A stretch of DNA of 34,574 bases from Candidatus Fervidifonticultor quintus (lineage in GTDB: Bacteria > Sysuimicrobiota > Sysuimicrobiia > Sysuimicrobiales > Humicultoraceae), in NCBI GenBank assembly GCA_031459535.1, contig JAVKIJ010000033.1, positions 1-34,574 on the forward strand. The letters run 5' to 3'. A model generated the notes under the pieces. The model was not told where the DNA came from, made no database searches, and saw only the letters and a list, made by a program, of their open reading frames with translations. How positions within the stretch are numbered: the stretch's first letter is position 1; each line of letters opens with the position of its first letter. This document shows positions 26,630 to 34,574 of the stretch, in pieces. Made by a program: the position numbers and the translations under genes.

Positions 26630-27093
26630 CCTTCATCCTTGGTGGTGGCCCTGGAGGGGGCGCGGCCGGCGGCGTAGTCCGCCAGCCCCTGCTCCAACGC
26701 CACCCAACCCAGCGTCGCGCACTTGATGCGCACCGGGAACTTGCGCACGCCCGCCAGCGCCACCAGGTCCCCCAGGTCCGCCCCGGGCTCGCGGCCGTGC
26801 ATCATCGCTTTGAACGCCCCGATCAGGTCCGTCACCTCGTCGAGCGTCCGGCCCCGGATCGCCTCGGTCATCATCGAGGCCGACGCCTGGCTGATGGAGC
26901 AGCCGCGGCCCTCGAATCGCACGTCGGCGACCCGGCCCTGGGAGATCCTGACGAACAACGCCAGCTCGTCTCCGCAGAGGGGATTGGCCCCTTCCACGGC
27001 GATGTCGGCGGGATCCAGACGTCCCCGGTTGCGCGGGTGCGCATAGTGGTCGAGGATCACCTCGCGGTACAGCTCGTCGAGGGCCACCGGCAT
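26626..27093 (-). CDS. sufU: SUF system sulfur-transfer/scaffold protein SufU
   Basis: LYREVILDHY, NPLCGD, GCSISQASASMM, RIKCATLGW. Confidence 0.95.
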   Translation of the reverse strand: MPVALDELYREVILDHYAHPRNRGRLDPADIAVEGANPLCGDELALFVRISQGRVADVRFEGRGCSISQASASMMTEAIRGRTLDEVTDLIGAFKAMMHGREPGADLGDLVALAGVRKFPVRIKCATLGWVALEQGLADYAAGRAPSRATTKDEG

Positions 27094-27139
27094 CGCCTCC
27101 GTCCCACAACGCCCTGCGACACCCTCGCGGGCACCAGGC

Positions 27140-27607
27140 CTACGAGGGGCTCCAGAGGGCGGGCTTCGTCACCATCAGGAACACGATGAGGATCATCAGC
27201 ACCGCCAGCACCACCCCGACCAACTGCGCCCGGCCGGCCAGTGCCCGGTACTCCATTGACTCGAGCCCGCGAGTCTCCAGCGCTTCGATCTGGCGGCGCA
27301 GGGTCGGTGTGTACCCCCACAACGCCAGGACCATCGCCACCGCATAGAGCACCAGCGCCGTCAGCACCCACGGTGTGGTCCAGGTATCCTGGCTCCAGTG
27401 GAGCATCGCCAGCCCGGTCAACAACAGCAAGGCATAGGCCGGGGTGGCCAGCCGGTCATCCAGGGCCTTGATGCCGCGCAGGGCGAATGGCAGGGCGCGG
27501 GGATCCCGGGCCGCCCGCCTGATCCACACCCCATAGGTCACGTTGGCCCCGACGGCGACGATGGCCAGCAGCACGTGGAAGAACTTGAGTATGGCGTAGG
27601 CGCCCAT
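27140..27607 (-). CDS. Four-TM membrane protein, DUF2269-like
   Basis: HVLLAIVAVG, TP...LLLTG, W...ALVLY, C-terminal LMVTKP. Confidence 0.7.
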   Translation of the reverse strand: MGAYAILKFFHVLLAIVAVGANVTYGVWIRRAARDPRALPFALRGIKALDDRLATPAYALLLLTGLAMLHWSQDTWTTPWVLTALVLYAVAMVLALWGYTPTLRRQIEALETRGLESMEYRALAGRAQLVGVVLAVLMILIVFLMVTKPALWSPS

Positions 27608-27667
27608 GGATGCTGTCGCCTCATTCGCGACAGACGAGCGCGCCCCCTTTCCCGAGGGGACCGGCGC

Positions 27668-28921
27668 CTAGCGCGAGTCGGCCACAGGGTGCGTGGAGCG
27701 CTGAAAGAACCGCCGCACGGCCGCCAGGCCCTCGATGAGGGCGTCGATGTCCTCGATGGTGTTGTAGAGGTGGACGCTGGCCCGCGCGGAGGCTGCGATC
27801 CCAAACCGCCGATGCAGGGGCTGCGCGCAGTGATGGCCTGCGCGAATCGCGATTCCCTCTTGATCGAGCACCTGGGCGATGTCGTGTGGGTGCGCCACAT
27901 CCATCGTGAAGCTCAGGGCGCCGCCACGCTCGGCGGGCTCACGCGGGCCGTAGAGGCGCAGCCCGGGCACTTCGAGCAGCCGTCGCAGAGCGTACGCCGT
28001 CAACTCGTGCTCCCAGGCGGCGATGGTACCCAGCCCAATGCGGCCCAAATAGTCCACCGCGACGCCCAGCGCGATGCTGTCGGCAATGTTGGGCGTTCCG
28101 GCTTCGAACTTGTGCGGCGGATCCTTGTAGGTCGAGGCGTCGAGCCCAACCATCATGATCATCTCGCCACCGCCCTGATAGGGCGGCATCGCCTCCAGCA
28201 ATTCGTAACGCGCCCACAGGCCGCCGCTGCCTGTCGGCCCCAGCATCTTGTGGCCGGAGAACGCCAGGAAGTCGGCGCCCAGGCTCTGTACGTTCACCGC
28301 CTGGTGGGGCACACTCTGGGCGCCATCCACCACGACCACGGCACCCGCCGCATGGGCCCGGTCCGCGATCTGGCGAACGGGGTTCACGGTGCCCAGCACG
28401 TTGGACTGATGCACCACCGCCACAATCTTCGTGCGCTTGGAGAGCAAGCGATCGTAGGCACCCAGGTCCAGCCGGCCTTCGTCGGTCACCGGCACGTACC
28501 GGAGCACCGCGCCGCGCTCGGCCGCCAGCATCTGCCACGGCACGATGTTGCTGTGGTGCTCCATCTCGGTCAGCACGATCTCGTCACCGGCGCCCACGTG
28601 CATCCGGCCCCATGTGGCCGCCACCAGGTTGATCGCCTCGGTCGTCCCTCGCGTGAAGACGATCTCTTCTGGCCGACGCGCCCCCAGGAACGCGGCCACT
28701 TTGGCGCGGGCTTCCTCGTAGCGGGCCGTCGCCTCCTCGGCGATCTGGTAGACGCCGCGGTGCACGTTGGCGTTGTAGAGCTGGTAGTACTGCCCCAACG
28801 CGTCCAGCACGTCGCGGGGCTTCTGGGAGGTGGCGGCGCTGTCCAGGTAGACGAGGCGCTTCCCGTGAACCGTCCGGTGCAGCAGGGGAAAGTCGTCGCG
28901 GACGCGCTCGCCCAGCGTCAT
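27668..28921 (-). CDS. sufS: Cysteine desulfurase SufS
   Basis: YLDSAATSQKP, NVHRG, EHHSN, DGAQS, FSGHKMLGPTG, FEAGTP, RAGHHCAQPL. Confidence 0.96.
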   Translation of the reverse strand: MTLGERVRDDFPLLHRTVHGKRLVYLDSAATSQKPRDVLDALGQYYQLYNANVHRGVYQIAEEATARYEEARAKVAAFLGARRPEEIVFTRGTTEAINLVAATWGRMHVGAGDEIVLTEMEHHSNIVPWQMLAAERGAVLRYVPVTDEGRLDLGAYDRLLSKRTKIVAVVHQSNVLGTVNPVRQIADRAHAAGAVVVVDGAQSVPHQAVNVQSLGADFLAFSGHKMLGPTGSGGLWARYELLEAMPPYQGGGEMIMMVGLDASTYKDPPHKFEAGTPNIADSIALGVAVDYLGRIGLGTIAAWEHELTAYALRRLLEVPGLRLYGPREPAERGGALSFTMDVAHPHDIAQVLDQEGIAIRAGHHCAQPLHRRFGIAASARASVHLYNTIEDIDALIEGLAAVRRFFQRSTHPVADSR

Positions 28922-28936
28922 GGGTCCGCTCCCGGG

Positions 28937-29281
28937 TTACGGTTTGTGGGGCATCCCCCGCCCCGGCCTCGCCTCCGGCGAGAGCAGGATGTCGTCACCC
29001 TCGATCTTCACCGGATACGTCCGCACGGGCCGGACCGCCGGCAGGGTCATCACGCGGCCGGTCGGGAGGTGGAACCGCGAGCCGTGCTTGGGACAGATCA
29101 GCAGGTCGTCGACCACCGGCCCGGCCGCCAGCGACTGCTCCTCGTGGGTACAGGTGTCGTCCACGGCGTAGACCCCGCTCGCGGTGCGGGCCACGGCAAT
29201 CTTGCGTCCGTCCACGATCACCTGCCTGGCGGCACCCACCGGGATGTCGGCCAGCGTGCCCACCTTGACGAACTCCGCCAT
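28937..29281 (-). CDS. Rieske-type [2Fe-2S] ferredoxin
   Basis: CTHE...CPKHGSRF; usual position within suf operons. Confidence 0.92.
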   Translation of the reverse strand: MAEFVKVGTLADIPVGAARQVIVDGRKIAVARTASGVYAVDDTCTHEEQSLAAGPVVDDLLICPKHGSRFHLPTGRVMTLPAVRPVRTYPVKIEGDDILLSPEARPGRGMPHKP

Positions 29282-30613
29282 CTAGATCATCTTCTCCGCC
29301 GCTCTGGCCTGCAGGTAAGTGCGCACCCGCTCCAGCGGGATCCGGTCGAAGATGTCGGCGAAAAAGCCCTCGACGATCATGAACGTCGCCTGCTTGCGCG
29401 ACAGCCCCCGGCTCATCAGGTAGAAGATGTGTTCCTCGTTCAGCCGGCTGGCGGCCGAGCCGTGCGTACAGCGCAGGTCGTTAGCCATGATCTCCAGTTT
29501 GGGGATCGAGTCCGCTCGCGCGCCCTCGGAGAGGATCAGGTTGCGATTGGCCTGAAACGCATTGGTCTTCTGGGCCCCCGGCTCCACCCGGATCAGCCCG
29601 GCGAACACCGAGCGGGCCGTGTCTCTGACCGCGCCCTTGAACAGCAAGTCGCTCGTCGTTCGCGGGGCATGGTGCGCCTGCAGGGTGTGAAAGTCCACGT
29701 GCTGTCGGCCGGTGCCGAAGTACAGCCCCAGCATCTCCGCCGATGCGCCCGGCCCCACCAAGTGGGATTCGACGTCGACCTTCACCAACCCCCCTCCGAG
29801 CGACACCACCAGCCCGTTGAGGGTAGCATCGCGCTCCAGACGGGCCCGGACCAGGCTGCCCACCTCCCAGGTAGGCTGGCCCCACTCCTGGACGGCCACG
29901 TAGCGCACCTGTGCGCCCTGCCTCAGGATAAGCTCGACGACCCTCGACGCCAGCGCCCGGGGGCCCGTGGGTATCGACGCGAAGAGCTCGACCAGGGTCA
30001 CCTTGCTGTGTTCCTCGGCAACCACCAGCGTGTGCGGAAAGACCGCGCCGCCCGCTGTACCCAGCCAGGTCTGGGTCACCAGGGGCCGCGCCACCTCCAC
30101 GCCCCGGGGCACGTGGAGGAATGTCCCCCCCGTCCAGAGCGCCGCGTGCAGGGCCCGAAACCGATGCTCATCGGGCCGGGCAATCACACACAGGTGCTCG
30201 CGCACCACCTCAGGATGCTGCCGGGCGGCCGCGGCCAGATCGCCGAAGATCACGCCCGCGCGGGCCAGGTCGTTCTCCACGGACGCGCCGGCTGGCCAGC
30301 CGTCCATATGACCGATCAGCCCGGCGCGTTCTGTCGCTTCGCGGGCGATGGTGCCCAGGTGCCACGGGCTGGATGCCGGTTCCCTCGGCCCCGGCAGCAC
30401 GATCCCCGTCAGGTCGAGGTCGCTGACATCCGTCCGCCGCCACTCCTCGGCGTGTGTGACTGCCGGGTGCGGCAGACGCTGGAACGCGGCCCAGGCCGCA
30501 AGACGCTGGTCCAGCACCCAGTCAGGCTCTCCCATCTGCCGGCTGCGGGCGGCGATGGCGTCTGCTGTAACGGCCCCCAGGACCGTGGGCTCCGTGAGGT
30601 TGAGCATGGTCAT
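29282..30613 (-). CDS. sufD: Fe-S cluster assembly protein SufD
   Basis: EEWRRTD, SDLLFKG, SVFAGLI, NRNLIL, PKLEI..NDLRCTHG, FYLMSRG. Confidence 0.93.
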   Translation of the reverse strand: MTMLNLTEPTVLGAVTADAIAARSRQMGEPDWVLDQRLAAWAAFQRLPHPAVTHAEEWRRTDVSDLDLTGIVLPGPREPASSPWHLGTIAREATERAGLIGHMDGWPAGASVENDLARAGVIFGDLAAAARQHPEVVREHLCVIARPDEHRFRALHAALWTGGTFLHVPRGVEVARPLVTQTWLGTAGGAVFPHTLVVAEEHSKVTLVELFASIPTGPRALASRVVELILRQGAQVRYVAVQEWGQPTWEVGSLVRARLERDATLNGLVVSLGGGLVKVDVESHLVGPGASAEMLGLYFGTGRQHVDFHTLQAHHAPRTTSDLLFKGAVRDTARSVFAGLIRVEPGAQKTNAFQANRNLILSEGARADSIPKLEIMANDLRCTHGSAASRLNEEHIFYLMSRGLSRKQATFMIVEGFFADIFDRIPLERVRTYLQARAAEKMI

Positions 30614-30615
30614 GC

Positions 30616-32022
30616 CTAGCCCACCGAACCCTCCATCTCCAGCGCGATGAGCCGGTTGAGCTCCACCGCGTACTCGAGCGGCAGCTCCTTGACCACGGGC
30701 TCAATGAACCCCCGCACGATCATGTTCATGGCTTCGTCCTCTTTGACCCCGCGGCTCATGAGATAGAAGAGCTGCTCGTCTGACACCTTGGAAACCGTCG
30801 CTTCGTGCGTGACCGAGATGTCTTCCTCGTCAATCTCCATGTAGGGATAGGTGTCGGACCGGCTCTTCTCGTCCAGGATGAGGGCGTCGCAGCGCACAGC
30901 GCACTTGCTACCCTTCGCGCCGCCATAGACCTTGACCAGTCCCCGGTAGCCGGCGCGGCCACCGTCCTTGCTGATGGACTTGCTGACGATGCTGGACTGG
31001 GTGTGCGGGGCCGCATGGATCACCTTGCCGCCGGGATCCTGGTGCTGACCCGCACCGGCGAACGCCACCGAGAGAATCTCGGCCCTCGCGCCGGGCTCGA
31101 CCATGTAGACCGACGGATACTTCATAGTGATCTTCGAGCCCAGATTCCCATCGACCCACTCCATGGTGGCATCTCGGTAGGCCACCGCCCGTTTCGTCAC
31201 CAGATTGTAGACATTCTTGGACCAGTTCTGGATGGTGGTGTACCGGCATCGCGCGCCTTCCTTGACGATGATCTCCACCACCGCCGAGTGCAGCGAGTCC
31301 GTGGTATAGACCGGCGCGGTGCAGCCCTCCACGTAGTGCACGTATGATCCGGGCTCGCAGATGATCAACGTGCGTTCAAACTGCCCGGCCTTCTCGGCGT
31401 TGATGCGGAAGTAAGCCTGCAGCGGGATGTCTACCTTCACGCCCTCGGGCACGTAGACGAACGACCCGCCGGACCACACGGCGCTGTTGAGCGCCGCCAG
31501 CTTGTTGTCCTCGGGTGGTACCACAGTGCCGAAGTACTGCCGGAAGATCTCGGGATGCTGCTGGAGGGCCGTGTCGGTATCCAGAAAGATGACCCCGAGT
31601 CGCTCCCACTCTTCCTTCAGATTGTGGTAGACCGACTCGCTCTCGTACTGGGCGCCGACCCCGGCCAGGAACTTCTTCTCGGCCTCAGGGATGCCCAGGC
31701 GGTCGAAGGTGCGCTTGATGTTCTCCGGGACTTCGTCCCACGTATGTCCCTTCCGCTCGGTCGGCTTCAGGTAGTAGTAGATGTCGTTGAAGTCGATCTG
31801 GGTCAGATCGGCGCCCCACGTGGGCATCGGTCGTGCCATGAAGTGCTGGAGCGAGTGGAGCCGAAACGCCCGCATCCAGTCTGGCTCGGCCTTCATGTAG
31901 GAGATCTGCTGCACGATCTCCTGGTCGAGCCCCTTGCGCGCTCTGAACACATAGCTCTCGGGATCGCGGAACCCCCACTTGTACTGGTCGAGTTCGATCC
32001 CAAGCGGATTGGTGGCGGCCAT
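30616..32022 (-). CDS. sufB: Fe-S cluster assembly protein SufB
   Basis: [48 protein letters not shown]. Continuous; no intein visible at 468 aa. Confidence 0.97.
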   Translation of the reverse strand: MAATNPLGIELDQYKWGFRDPESYVFRARKGLDQEIVQQISYMKAEPDWMRAFRLHSLQHFMARPMPTWGADLTQIDFNDIYYYLKPTERKGHTWDEVPENIKRTFDRLGIPEAEKKFLAGVGAQYESESVYHNLKEEWERLGVIFLDTDTALQQHPEIFRQYFGTVVPPEDNKLAALNSAVWSGGSFVYVPEGVKVDIPLQAYFRINAEKAGQFERTLIICEPGSYVHYVEGCTAPVYTTDSLHSAVVEIIVKEGARCRYTTIQNWSKNVYNLVTKRAVAYRDATMEWVDGNLGSKITMKYPSVYMVEPGARAEILSVAFAGAGQHQDPGGKVIHAAPHTQSSIVSKSISKDGGRAGYRGLVKVYGGAKGSKCAVRCDALILDEKSRSDTYPYMEIDEEDISVTHEATVSKVSDEQLFYLMSRGVKEDEAMNMIVRGFIEPVVKELPLEYAVELNRLIALEMEGSVG

Positions 32023-32042
32023 CGTCCCAGATCCTCCCTGTG

Positions 32043-32873
32043 TCAGTGCACGACCCAGAAGACCTTCCCGGCCCGCCGGACGGCGCCTTCTCCCTGCACC
32101 TCTGCCGCGATCACTTCGAACTGCCGGCGGATGTCCTCATAGCCCCGCTGCTCGAGTTCCTCGGCCAGTTCCGGCCCTCCGGAGACCACGATGCGACCGT
32201 CGTACATGATGTGGACATGCTGCGGCTTGATGAACTGGAGAATGCGGGAGTAATGGGTGATGACCAGCACGCCCATGGCGCCTCGGGCCTCCTGGTACAT
32301 GCGGTCGATGCCCTCGGCCACCACCTTCAGTGAGTCGATGTCGAGCCCCGAATCCGTCTCGTCCATGATGGCGATCGTGGGTTCCAGCAGGGCCATCTGG
32401 AGGATCTCGGCCCGCTTCTTCTCGCCGCCGGAGAACCCTTCGTTGACGTAGCGGCCCACGATGGACGGGTCGATCTTGAGGGCCTCGATCTTCCCGCGCA
32501 GCAGCTTCTGGAACTCTGCCACCGGCATCAGCTCGTGCTCGTATCCCCTCCTGGCCGAGACCGCTGTGCGCAGGAAGCTCGCCATGGTGACACCGGGAAT
32601 GCTGACCGGATACTGGAAGGCGATGAAGAGCCCTTTGCGGGCCCGCTCGTCCGGTGACATGGCCAGCAGGTCCTCGCCCATGTAGAGGACGTCGCCCCTG
32701 ATGACCTGATAGAAGGGGTTGCCCATCAGGACATTGGCCAGGGTGCTCTTGCCCGACCCGTTGGGCCCCATCACCGCGTGGATCTCGCCCCGCGAGAGCG
32801 CCAGGTTGACCCCCTTCAGGATGACCTTCTCCTCAACCTGAACGTGCAGATCGCGGATGTCTAGGTCTGGCAT
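32043..32873 (-). CDS. sufC: Fe-S cluster assembly ATPase SufC
   Basis: [42 protein letters not shown]. Start set at ATG 32873 (MPDLDIRDL). Confidence 0.96.
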   Translation of the reverse strand: MPDLDIRDLHVQVEEKVILKGVNLALSRGEIHAVMGPNGSGKSTLANVLMGNPFYQVIRGDVLYMGEDLLAMSPDERARKGLFIAFQYPVSIPGVTMASFLRTAVSARRGYEHELMPVAEFQKLLRGKIEALKIDPSIVGRYVNEGFSGGEKKRAEILQMALLEPTIAIMDETDSGLDIDSLKVVAEGIDRMYQEARGAMGVLVITHYSRILQFIKPQHVHIMYDGRIVVSGGPELAEELEQRGYEDIRRQFEVIAAEVQGEGAVRRAGKVFWVVH

Positions 32874-32955
32874 GCCATTCCCCCAAGTATCCGTATTCCA
32901 CTCCGGCTGCGCCCGGCTGCCGGCCACATCACGGCAGCCCACAGTGACCTCGCCC

Positions 32956-32984
32956 ATTCTAGAGTAAAACAGTCAAGAAATCAA
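32956..32984 (-). promoter_or_regulatory. suf promoter overlapped by an IscR/Rrf2-like operator
   Basis: Minus strand TTGATT-N17-TAGAAT. The 25-mer TTTCTTGACTGTTTTACTCTAGAAT is an imperfect palindrome resembling type-1 IscR boxes. Confidence 0.65.
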
Positions 32985-33001
32985 GGCGCCGACAGCCGCC
33001 T

Positions 33002-34027
33002 TCACGGCGCCGGCAGTGGGGCCGAGCGGATCTGCCCCTCCAGCGCGACTCGGGCATCGTCGGGCAGGAAGGCGGCCCGCGCCGCGGTGACCATCAGTCC
33101 CACCAGGTCGTCTGGTCCGAGGCGGTACGCCCTGGCCACGGCGGCCAGCTCCCTCGACAGCGAGGTGCCCAGCAGCACGGGGTCATCACTGTTGATGCTC
33201 ACCGGCACGCCGCGCTCGAGGAACCGGCGCAGCGGGTGCGCGGGCAGGCTGGAGACCAGCCCCAGGCGCAGGTTGCTGGTCGGACAGATCTCCAGCGCCA
33301 CGCCTCGCTCCCGCAGTCGGTCCATCAGCACCGGATCGTCCGCTGCGCGGATGCCGTGCCCAATGCGGGTGGCGCCGAGCTGATAGACTGCAGTCCAGAT
33401 GCCCGCGGGCCCGGTGAACTCGCCGGCGTGGATCGTGATGCCAAGCCCCGCGTCCCGGGCCCGGTTTGCGGCCTCCACAAAGAGCGCCGGCGGATAGTTC
33501 TCCTCGTCGCCCGCCAGGTCCACGCCGACCACGTGACAGTCGCGGCAGGCCGCGGCTGCCTCTACCAGCGCCGCGGCCTCCTGTGGGCCGCGTTCCCGGA
33601 CTGCGGTCACGATGAAGCCGTAGGAGAGGTGCGGCGGGCGCGCGCCGTCTGCACCCTCGGCCATCGCCTCCAGCATCCCGCGGACTCCAAGCAACGCAAA
33701 GCCACGTCGGCCGCCCACCCTGATCTCCACGTGGCGCACCGACTGCGCGGCGACCTCCCGGATCAGTTCGGCGGTGATGGCCGCAATGTTGGCACGGGTG
33801 TAGGCCCCGTCGCCGATGCGGCCCGTCCGGCTGGCATACCGCAGCCTGCGGAGGCGATCGTACCCTGAGAACAGGGAGGGATCGGCCACTAGGTGCGGGT
33901 GCTCCACCGCAGGATCCTCATCGCGCTGCCAGAGCAGCCGGCGCAGGCGGAGGGAGGTCTCCAGATGGAGGTGCAACTCGGCTTTGGGAAGACCGGCAAT
34001 GATCGAAGACAGGGGCAGGTCAGTCAC
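33002..34027 (-). CDS. add: Adenosine/adenine deaminase-family amidohydrolase (divergent)
   Basis: LPKAELHLHLE, GVDLAGDE, HAGE, RIGHG, EICPTSN, NSDDP. Start set at GTG 34027 with GGAG RBS. Confidence 0.8.
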   Translation of the reverse strand: MTDLPLSSIIAGLPKAELHLHLETSLRLRRLLWQRDEDPAVEHPHLVADPSLFSGYDRLRRLRYASRTGRIGDGAYTRANIAAITAELIREVAAQSVRHVEIRVGGRRGFALLGVRGMLEAMAEGADGARPPHLSYGFIVTAVRERGPQEAAALVEAAAACRDCHVVGVDLAGDEENYPPALFVEAANRARDAGLGITIHAGEFTGPAGIWTAVYQLGATRIGHGIRAADDPVLMDRLRERGVALEICPTSNLRLGLVSSLPAHPLRRFLERGVPVSINSDDPVLLGTSLSRELAAVARAYRLGPDDLVGLMVTAARAAFLPDDARVALEGQIRSAPLPAP

Positions 34028-34048
34028 ATGCGGCTCCGTCGCGCCGTC

Positions 34049-34078
34049 ATTATATCGGGCCGCAGGAGGCAGGAGCAA
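34049..34078 (-). promoter_or_regulatory. Putative promoter of the add-like gene
   Basis: Minus strand TTGCTC-N18-TATAAT (perfect -10), about 20 nt upstream of GTG 34027. Confidence 0.55.
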
Positions 34079-34138
34079 TCCATTCCGTCAAGTCCACGGG
34101 GTCGTCCTCGCGCCTGCGGGGCGACGGAGAATCGGATT

Positions 34139-34147
34139 TGGTATAGT
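34139..34147 (+). promoter_or_regulatory. Putative extended -10 promoter of pdhA
   Basis: TG-G-TATAGT about 45 nt upstream of the ATG. Confidence 0.45.
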
Positions 34148-34192
34148 AAATGGGTACCGCGGCTGTGCCACTGCAAGGGAGTGACCCAGCGC

Positions 34193-34574
34193 ATGGATGA
34201 TCGTCCGATCCGAACCAACGAACAGAGGGGCCGGCGCGTTGCCGCCGCCGTGGCGGCGGCCCACACGCCCGACCTGGTCGATGCCCTGGCGTGGTATCGA
34301 CAGATGGTCATCGCCAGGCACTTCGAAGAGGAGACCGAGCGTGCGTTCCGCCGCGGCAAGATTGGCGGCTATCTCCATGTCTACTCGGGGCAGGAGGCGG
34401 TGGCGGCCGGCTTCCTGGCCGAGCTGCGGCAGGACGACATCTTCTTCACGGCCTACCGCGACCATGTCCACGCCCTGTTTCGCGGATCGCCGCCCGGCGC
34501 CGTGATGGCCGAACTCTTCGGCAGGGTCACCGGGGTCGCGCGCGGCAAGGGTGGGTCGATGCACATCTTTGACG
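34193..34574 (+). CDS. pdhA: Pyruvate dehydrogenase E1 alpha subunit, 5' part; gene runs off the right edge
   Basis: Not in the ORF track. Manual translation gives ...YRQMVIARHFEE...GKIGGYLHVYSGQEAVAAG...TAYRDH...MAELFGRVTGVARGKGGSMHIFD. Confidence 0.9.
   Translation, partial: MDDRPIRTNEQRGRRVAAAVAAAHTPDLVDALAWYRQMVIARHFEEETERAFRRGKIGGYLHVYSGQEAVAAGFLAELRQDDIFFTAYRDHVHALFRGSPPGAVMAELFGRVTGVARGKGGSMHIFD

Noticed and set aside
27140-27607. HemJ (protoporphyrinogen oxidase) call
   Set aside because: It shares the early His and terminal KP but lacks the W.AGL.YLPRL motif; DUF2269-like fits better.
27398-30619. 1073-aa plus-strand ORF
   Set aside because: Antisense shadow of sufD-ferredoxin-sufS with no recognisable motifs; long shadow ORFs are expected in high-GC DNA.

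Overview
High-GC bacterial chromosomal window, fully gene-dense, with no mobile element, CRISPR array, tRNA or rRNA that I can recognise. From left to right: the 5' end of lpdA; a polytopic membrane-anchored sulfite-oxidase-family molybdoenzyme with an internal twin-arginine motif; a stand-alone complex I-like cluster in the non-canonical order nuoB-nuoD-nuoI-nuoC, with its own promoter and no membrane or NADH-input subunits; a coupled gntR-DUF1893-ECF S-component operon; and a catabolic region of about 18 kb (6912-24666). That region has two NitT/TauT (sulfonate/taurine-type) ABC importers, a divergent LarA-family (nickel-pincer) protein, three dehydrogenases, two aldolase-family enzymes, a cyclase/hydrolase, a mutarotase-like protein, a PfkB kinase, a split transketolase and an IclR regulator. 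Next is a suf Fe-S operon (sufC-B-D-Rieske ferredoxin-S-DUF2269-U) with an IscR/Rrf2-like box in its promoter, ending in an orphan fused OppB-OppC permease, followed by a divergent adenosine-deaminase-family gene and the 5' end of pdhA. The best candidates for undescribed biology are the LarA-containing catabolic pathway for an unknown anionic sugar or sulfonate, and the membrane-arm-less nuoBDIC module beside the molybdoenzyme. All calls come from motif recognition by eye; no database searches were run.
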